27,991 nt of DNA from a virus. Its lineage: Duplodnaviria; Caudoviricetes. Position 1 is the stretch's first letter. Each line of letters starts with the position of its first letter. The position numbers and the translations under genes are program-made. This document shows, piece after piece, positions 22,687 through 27,991 of the stretch. The notes under the pieces were generated by a model, which ran no database searches, had not been told where the DNA came from, and saw nothing but the letters and a program-made list of their open reading frames with translations. The DNA is taken from the IMG/VR virus record IMGVR_UViG_3300015370_000040, positions 1-27,991 of that record. One strand, given 5' to 3'.

Positions 22687-23075
22687 TACGAAACCCCTTC
22701 CCACTCGTGAGGTGGGAACACTTCGGTGTACTCAATGCCCGCTGCTTCAGCGTCCACCAGCTTCATGCGGGTAAGGGTGGGGTTGCCTTCTGCGTCTTCA
22801 CCGGCAACGGGGGTTTCCATGACCGCCTTGTAGGCGTCCTCTGGCAGTTCATCCCAGGTCGCTCCCAGATACCCGCCGCTGGCCTTGATGGTGTCAAGCT
22901 GCGGGCCTTCGGAAAGCCAGTGGTAGATGTCCCAGCCGTCTAGTTCGCCCACCTTGATGCGCAGAGCATCGTACTTGAACACGTTGGGGTCGCTGACCAG
23001 CTCTAGGGCGACTATCTCGCTGCCGTCCTCAAGCATCACGCTGCGGGGCTTGGCTTTGAAGATTGCTTGTTCCAT
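22686..23075 (-). CDS. Acidic hypothetical protein (possible fiber-associated chaperone)
   Basis: 129 aa, TAATG-coupled to the fiber-like gene; ends in PPHEWEG. Confidence 0.6.
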   Translation of the reverse strand: MEQAIFKAKPRSVMLEDGSEIVALELVSDPNVFKYDALRIKVGELDGWDIYHWLSEGPQLDTIKASGGYLGATWDELPEDAYKAVMETPVAGEDAEGNPTLTRMKLVDAEAAGIEYTEVFPPHEWEGVS

Positions 23076-25153
23076 TACAGTTCCCCCTCCGCCATCCAGC
23101 GGTCATAGAAAGTGACGGTCCCCACCTCAAACGGGTAGCTGGGCGAATAGCCGATGTTCAGGTTCGTCCCCAACGTGAAGGCCCCGTCAAAAGCAGCCGT
23201 GCTGCCCCAGGTCCAGGTGGAGGCGGTGGATAGCTTGTAGCCGACTTGCATTAAGTTGGTTGCGGAGGACCAGCGAACGGCGAGGTCGTAGGAGGTTCCG
23301 GAAACAAAGTTGACAGTAATTAGGCCAATATTTGTGCCATCATAAATCGCAAGTTGTTTGTTGTAATAAATGTAAAGTAGCCCATATTCTAGATCTGCCG
23401 AGGCAATAATTCCCTTATTAAAATTGGTATCCAGGTCGGCATAGCTAAACCCCGGCACCCACCCCCGCACCACCAGGGTGCCCTCGGCGCGCCAGTCAGG
23501 CGCCGCGTACACGTCCCAGGTAGCTATGCTGTTGGGGTTGAAGCCGCTCTGGATGTAGGCCCAATTTTGGGTGCTGCCGCCAGGGGTGGATACTATGGTC
23601 GCGCCGGTGGCGGGAGGGGTGGTGACTTGCTTGATGCTGATGGAGTTGGCGGTGAAGTCGCAAGCGGCTGACCGAGCAAGATAAACATTGTTGTCACCGC
23701 TTACGGATGTTTTGTAGCCGGTATATGCGCCCGCCGCAGTAAAGGTTTTTATGGCTGCGATGGTGCTAATTTGGATTTTGCCCGTTCCAGCATCCACCGC
23801 GTAAATATCCAAGGCGTATTTATAAAGCTGGCTGGGGCTTAACGGGGGAGTGGCTTGGAGTACGCCCATAGCCGACCCGTCAGAAACCACCTGCAACCTG
23901 TCGTTGGCATCGTCGGCGGCGAGATAGTTGCTCGCGTCTGGAGCCGAAAAAATTGCCCACCCTTGCGGGACATCGTTGGCCCCCCAGGTGCCGCTAAAGT
24001 CGCCGTTGGTCAACAACTCAGCCGATAGCGTCTCCCCGCTTCCAGCCGCCTTTAGCCAGCCCCAGGCAACCTTGCCCGCTGAGTCCACCACCTTGAGAAC
24101 TCGCCCAACGTGGCCGCTAAGGTCGGCGCTGGAGCCATCGTCAGGCATGGCAAAGGCGGTGCCGTTGACGGTGGACAGGACGATAGCTCCGCTGGCCTCG
24201 CTGTCCAGGCTGGTGGGCGCGGGTTGCTCGGTGCTCAGGAGGTTTTTAACAGCCGTGGGAGTCGTGAACAGGTTCGCGTCTGCGGTGCGGCTGACCGTGC
24301 TGGCAACCGTGGGAATGTAGGCCGTGGGGACGCTGCCAGCCTCAAGCTGTGCGCCCCAGAGGTAGAGGCCGGAGGTGCCGTCGCCGTTGTAGGTGAGATT
24401 CCCCGCGCCGTTGGCCAAATAAATGGCGATATATGGAGTGGGCCCGCCCGAGCCTATGTCGTTAGAAATCCAGCAGCGATACCAACCTCCCCCGATTGCC
24501 GATATTCCATAGCCAGTGGCACCTATATTGCTTATGGTGCCAGAGGACAAGTCAAACGTTGCATCTTCTATTGTTCCGGCTTTAGTATAAATTTGCAGGG
24601 TAACTTTACTGCGCTCCCCCGCCTTAAAAAACAGCGATAAGGCATAAGTGGTATTGTCCGAAAGCCCAGAGACACTACGGATTACATAGTGGCTATTCGC
24701 TGCCGTGCCATCTTCTACCAGCTTGTCGGCAGCAGAGTTTCTGTCAGGTGCGACCACGGCATCGGCGCTGATGCTAGAGCGGGTTTTTGTCCACGCCGCA
24801 TTATCGAACTGCTCGCTATACGTGAGCAGGTTCGTAGCGGCGGGCTGCACGCTCAGCCCGTTGTCCCCAAACGCCGGGGTGGTGGCCGCAACGGTGTGCA
24901 CCTGGCCGCCGCGCACCACGGTGCGCGCCGTGGCCCTGGTGTTGGTCAGGGGGTAGGCGTGCAGTGACTCCTGTAGGCGCCCACCGGCAGAGTCATAGTA
25001 AAAAATCGTGTGCGGCGAAAACGGGCCACCAAACGAAGGGCTGATTGAGCCCCTGATTGCCGGGCTAATCGCGCCTTCTATGGCCCCCGCCGTCGCCCCG
25101 TTGGGGATTGTAACGGCCAGGAGTGCAGCAAAAACAAGCAGAATCTTTTTCAT
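23075..25153 (-). CDS. Fiber/spike-like protein with carbohydrate-binding-type beta-sandwich domains and an N-terminal signal-peptide-like segment
   Basis: TNLLTYSEQFDNAAW...GWYRC...WGAQLEAGSVPTAYIPT...RTAD (head-spike/fiber domain), ELLTNGDFS and a LamG-like C-terminus. N-terminus MKKILLVFAALLAVTIPNGATAG. Confidence 0.75.
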   Translation of the reverse strand: MKKILLVFAALLAVTIPNGATAGAIEGAISPAIRGSISPSFGGPFSPHTIFYYDSAGGRLQESLHAYPLTNTRATARTVVRGGQVHTVAATTPAFGDNGLSVQPAATNLLTYSEQFDNAAWTKTRSSISADAVVAPDRNSAADKLVEDGTAANSHYVIRSVSGLSDNTTYALSLFFKAGERSKVTLQIYTKAGTIEDATFDLSSGTISNIGATGYGISAIGGGWYRCWISNDIGSGGPTPYIAIYLANGAGNLTYNGDGTSGLYLWGAQLEAGSVPTAYIPTVASTVSRTADANLFTTPTAVKNLLSTEQPAPTSLDSEASGAIVLSTVNGTAFAMPDDGSSADLSGHVGRVLKVVDSAGKVAWGWLKAAGSGETLSAELLTNGDFSGTWGANDVPQGWAIFSAPDASNYLAADDANDRLQVVSDGSAMGVLQATPPLSPSQLYKYALDIYAVDAGTGKIQISTIAAIKTFTAAGAYTGYKTSVSGDNNVYLARSAACDFTANSISIKQVTTPPATGATIVSTPGGSTQNWAYIQSGFNPNSIATWDVYAAPDWRAEGTLVVRGWVPGFSYADLDTNFNKGIIASADLEYGLLYIYYNKQLAIYDGTNIGLITVNFVSGTSYDLAVRWSSATNLMQVGYKLSTASTWTWGSTAAFDGAFTLGTNLNIGYSPSYPFEVGTVTFYDRWMAEGEL

Positions 25154-25162
25154 ATCGTCCTC

Positions 25163-26296
25163 CTAGCAAACCCCAGGGATGTGAATTTGGTTCAAAGGGC
25201 TGTACGGTGTGCCATAGGTGTCATCCCACCCTCCGTTGAGGGTGGCCCCGGACACGTCGATCTTGCCCTTAACCCCGAAAATTTTGATTGAGCCGAAGTT
25301 GACAATATTGTTGCCGCCGCCCCGGGTGTCCAGGGTGCCGGTAACAACCAAGGGATAGGCCCCGGTGCATTTGAGCAGGACGCCCCCGCCTGCGCCCGCG
25401 CCGCCCGCGCCGCCCGCGCCAGCCGTCACTTGGGGCCCTGCGCCATTGCGCCCGGTGCCGCCTGCCCCTCCAACGCCAGTCCCAAAGGTGGCCGTGGCCG
25501 CAGCCCCAGCACCACCGGCGACGCCGGCCTGCCCCGTTGCACTGACACCCGCCGACCCTGCGGCGCCAAGGCCGCCCTTGGTGAGCACCGAACCAGATAT
25601 GAGCAGGCTTTCCGAAGCGAGCAGGGACACCGCGCCGCCGCCGCGCCCGCCGGAGCCGCCACCGCCACCGCCACCACCGCCGTCACCATTGCAAGCCGTG
25701 GTGGCCCCGCCAGAGCCACCACCACCACCACCACCACCACCACCGGAGCCTATGCTAACGGCCTCGGTGGTAGAGGCATCACCATTGCTGGCCGCGGCGC
25801 CATAACCGCCGTCAATGCCATCTGTTCCGTTGGAGCCTGCCGCCGCCCCCCCGGCACCGCCCGCGGCCTTGGTTCCGGCATGCGTCCCCTTGCCGGTCAG
25901 AACATCCGCCCCTACCGCACCGCCGCCGCCTCCACAAGCGCCGGCGCAAGTGTCGCAGGATGCAGCCCCGGATGAGCCAGCCGCCGCCGCTCCATCGCTG
26001 CCCCCACCTTGCCCGCCGGCAACGCCAGAGTTGGACTTGGACTCGCCGCCACCACCACCACCACCACCTGCATATCCGTAGTAACCGGCAAGCTGGGCAT
26101 CCAGCACCCCGGCCGCCTCGATGTTGCGGGCATGCACCTCCACCGAGCCATAGGCCGCGCCGTTCCACTTGACCACGTACACCGTGGCTCCGGCCGGGAT
26201 GACGAAATTGTCTATCCCGGTCAGTTCGCCGTGGACAAAGTCGCCGTTGGACAACTCAAGGTCGCCGCCGCCGAAATCTCCGGTGTAAGTGGCCAA
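25163..26296 (-). CDS. Glycine-rich virion/tail-associated protein
   Basis: Multiple poly-Gly runs and GGxG repeats flanked by beta-rich segments, within the tail module. Confidence 0.75.
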   Translation of the reverse strand: MATYTGDFGGGDLELSNGDFVHGELTGIDNFVIPAGATVYVVKWNGAAYGSVEVHARNIEAAGVLDAQLAGYYGYAGGGGGGGGESKSNSGVAGGQGGGSDGAAAAGSSGAASCDTCAGACGGGGGAVGADVLTGKGTHAGTKAAGGAGGAAAGSNGTDGIDGGYGAAASNGDASTTEAVSIGSGGGGGGGGGGSGGATTACNGDGGGGGGGGGSGGRGGGAVSLLASESLLISGSVLTKGGLGAAGSAGVSATGQAGVAGGAGAAATATFGTGVGGAGGTGRNGAGPQVTAGAGGAGGAGAGGGVLLKCTGAYPLVVTGTLDTRGGGNNIVNFGSIKIFGVKGKIDVSGATLNGGWDDTYGTPYSPLNQIHIPGVC

Positions 26297-26587
26297 TTAC
26301 TTCTCCATGGCCGCGACAGCCGCGGCGTCCGGGATGTCCTCAATGTCGATGTCGCGCCCGATGTACGCCTGGAGCGTTGGGGGCCGCACCGAAGCCTTGA
26401 TTATTTTGGCCTCCACATGACTCCGCAGGGTAGCCATGATCTGGTCATCAGTGGTGTCATTGCCAAAAGCCAGGGCATCGTGGTGCTGTTCTCCGCCCTT
26501 TCCCCTGTAGGTAAAGAACACGGTGACCCCGCCGTTGTTGTTAACCGGCTTCTGGTCAATCCTTATTGTGATTCCACTTTTGGGCAT
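26297..26587 (-). CDS. Hypothetical protein
   Basis: 96 aa, AGGAGG RBS, tail module. Confidence 0.65.
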   Translation of the reverse strand: MPKSGITIRIDQKPVNNNGGVTVFFTYRGKGGEQHHDALAFGNDTTDDQIMATLRSHVEAKIIKASVRPPTLQAYIGRDIDIEDIPDAAAVAAMEK

Positions 26588-26596
26588 TTGCGCCTC

Positions 26597-27538
26597 CTAG
26601 CTCGGCTGAATTAATACATCGACATAAACAGCGCTCGGAGCACCAGATACACCTGTGATGTCAAAGGTAATCAGGCTGAAAACTCCGGTGGCGACATTAG
26701 CCAGGCCGGAGGCTTGATTTACACCAGTAGTGTCTGCCACCAGGCCGGAGTAAACCGTGGCCCCGTCGTTTTTGACGGTGATGGTGGCCGATGTTCCATC
26801 CGGAACCCTCGCGATAATCGCGAAGATCTCTCCAGCAATTCCCGCCATGCCACCCTGGACCTCATTGTCCGTTCCGACCTCGCCCATGGGGCCGAAGCGC
26901 ACTATCTGCGGAGTGCTGGGGACCAGGGCGTCAGACTCAGCCTTGGAGTAAACGTCTAGGTAGGTGCGTGCCGCCGCGATGCTCACCAGGGCCACAAGCG
27001 CCTCGCCAAAGCTGGTGATGGCCACTCCAGAGGCATCCAGCGCGGCGGCGTTGATCAGCCCGTCCGCGTCGGGGTTCCACATCAATACTTTGTTGGCCTC
27101 GGGGTCTGGTATCTCCAGGTCCAGCGAGGAAAGCCCGGTGATGGCCCGGCGCAGGCGTGGCATGCGGGCGGTAAGCTCCATGATCTGGTGGATCAGCGTC
27201 ACCGCCTTGTCCAGGTCTTCCTCAAGCGTGGTTGGGCTGAAGTTGCCCAGGGCGCTCCATTCGGAATCCTGGGTGGCGTCCCGGTCCTGGATGATGGTCA
27301 CGTACTCGTCAGCCGCCGGAATGTAGTCGTCCCCAAACACCACGTTCCCGCCGCCGTCCACTCCCACGCCGGTTACGGTGTAGTGGGAATTCAGGGTCTT
27401 TACCGTCTCCACCCCGTCGTCATCGCTGACGATCACCACCAGGTCCGCAGCGGCGTAGATTTTGAAGTCATAGGCGAAGGTGGCGGTTACGCCGTCCCCG
27501 TCGTACTGCTTGCGGTAGTTTTCATTATCGATGGTCAT
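26597..27538 (-). CDS. Podovirus tail fiber / adaptor with a T7 gp17-like N-terminal anchor
   Basis: YDGDGVTATFAYDFKIYAAADLVV...YTVTG...GGNVVF...LEEDLDKAVTLIHQ. Confidence 0.85.
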   Translation of the reverse strand: MTIDNENYRKQYDGDGVTATFAYDFKIYAAADLVVIVSDDDGVETVKTLNSHYTVTGVGVDGGGNVVFGDDYIPAADEYVTIIQDRDATQDSEWSALGNFSPTTLEEDLDKAVTLIHQIMELTARMPRLRRAITGLSSLDLEIPDPEANKVLMWNPDADGLINAAALDASGVAITSFGEALVALVSIAAARTYLDVYSKAESDALVPSTPQIVRFGPMGEVGTDNEVQGGMAGIAGEIFAIIARVPDGTSATITVKNDGATVYSGLVADTTGVNQASGLANVATGVFSLITFDITGVSGAPSAVYVDVLIQPS

Positions 27539-27990
27539 TTTTTGCGCTCCCTACGCTCGGGAAGGATGAGGCGGGCCGGGTTATCGGTTTCCCCGCTGGC
27601 CAGGTCGCGGATGCCGCGCCCGGTCACGATGGCTTGGCGGGCCGGTAGGCCGGTCAGGTAGCCAAGAATAAGGGTCATGTGCTTGGCGAAAGTCTGCGGG
27701 TCGAACTTGGATTTCTTACCCAGGATCAGCGAGGTGATGTAGACCGTGGACTCGAAGAAGTCATTCACCGGAGTCATGGCGAAGCCCCAGCCGCCGGAGG
27801 CGCTGTTCCACACGTCGCGCACCAGGGGCACACCACCCAACAGATAGCCCACCAGTTCCTCGCCAAGCTTTTTGAAGTCGTCCACTTCATCGGGAATATC
27901 GCCCTGGTCTGTCATGTAGCTGAGCAGCACGGGCAGCACGGCCAAGTGCCACATGGCCACCGTGGATTCAAGCGGGCTCATGTCCCCGGC
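27535..27990 (-). CDS. C-terminus of a probable large internal virion (ejection) protein, partial
   Basis: Frame is open to the right edge. Hydrophobic helices with 'GGVPLVRD' and 'GYLTGLP', located just upstream of the tail fiber. Confidence 0.6.
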   Translation of the reverse strand, partial: AGDMSPLESTVAMWHLAVLPVLLSYMTDQGDIPDEVDDFKKLGEELVGYLLGGVPLVRDVWNSASGGWGFAMTPVNDFFESTVYITSLILGKKSKFDPQTFAKHMTLILGYLTGLPARQAIVTGRGIRDLASGETDNPARLILPERRERKK

Positions 27991-27991
27991 A

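Noticed and set aside
25365-25975. Pro-rich and Thr-rich + strand ORFs; collagen
   Set aside because: These are reverse complements of the poly-Gly codons, and there is no Gly-X-Y periodicity.
1-27991. Stop-codon reassignment
   Set aside because: TAA, TAG and TGA all end well-coupled genes, and conserved proteins are uninterrupted in the standard code.

Overview
The window is about 28 kb of a dsDNA tailed phage with a podovirus-type (BPP-1/T7-like head-tail connector) virion module and lambdoid-style replication. It is cut inside the portal gene at the left edge and inside a probable internal virion protein at the right edge, so the whole non-structural region is in view. The minus strand carries, from the right: tail/fiber genes, a lysis cassette (SLT endolysin, holin-like genes, lipoprotein, permuted papain-like enzyme), and then a long early operon from 16252. 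That operon holds a Cro-like HTH, many small Zn/membrane proteins, a PD-(D/E)XK exonuclease, RecT, RusA, a DNA MTase, an ASCH-like protein, and a DUF1376 initiator with its loader. It is followed by terS, terL, a GNAT-like gene and the portal. A short divergent + strand operon of small accessory genes lies at 16474-19740. I could not recognise an integrase, CI-type repressor, ParA/ParB, helicase or polymerase. The non-coding signals are the most interesting part. (1) Where cI would normally sit there is a promoter-to-terminator small RNA of about 86 nt (16369-16454). Its first 21 nt are complementary (20/21) to the loop and 5' arm of a hairpin in the opposite early mRNA (15636-15656). (2) A C4/CI-like antisense RNA unit with its own sigma70 promoter and upstream target boxes lies at 7677-7822. 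(3) A 15/16 match to the bacterial parS consensus lies upstream of terS (4599-4614). Together these suggest, as inference only, an RNA-controlled, integrase-free phage that may use host partitioning. All family assignments are from motif recognition by eye, not database searches.
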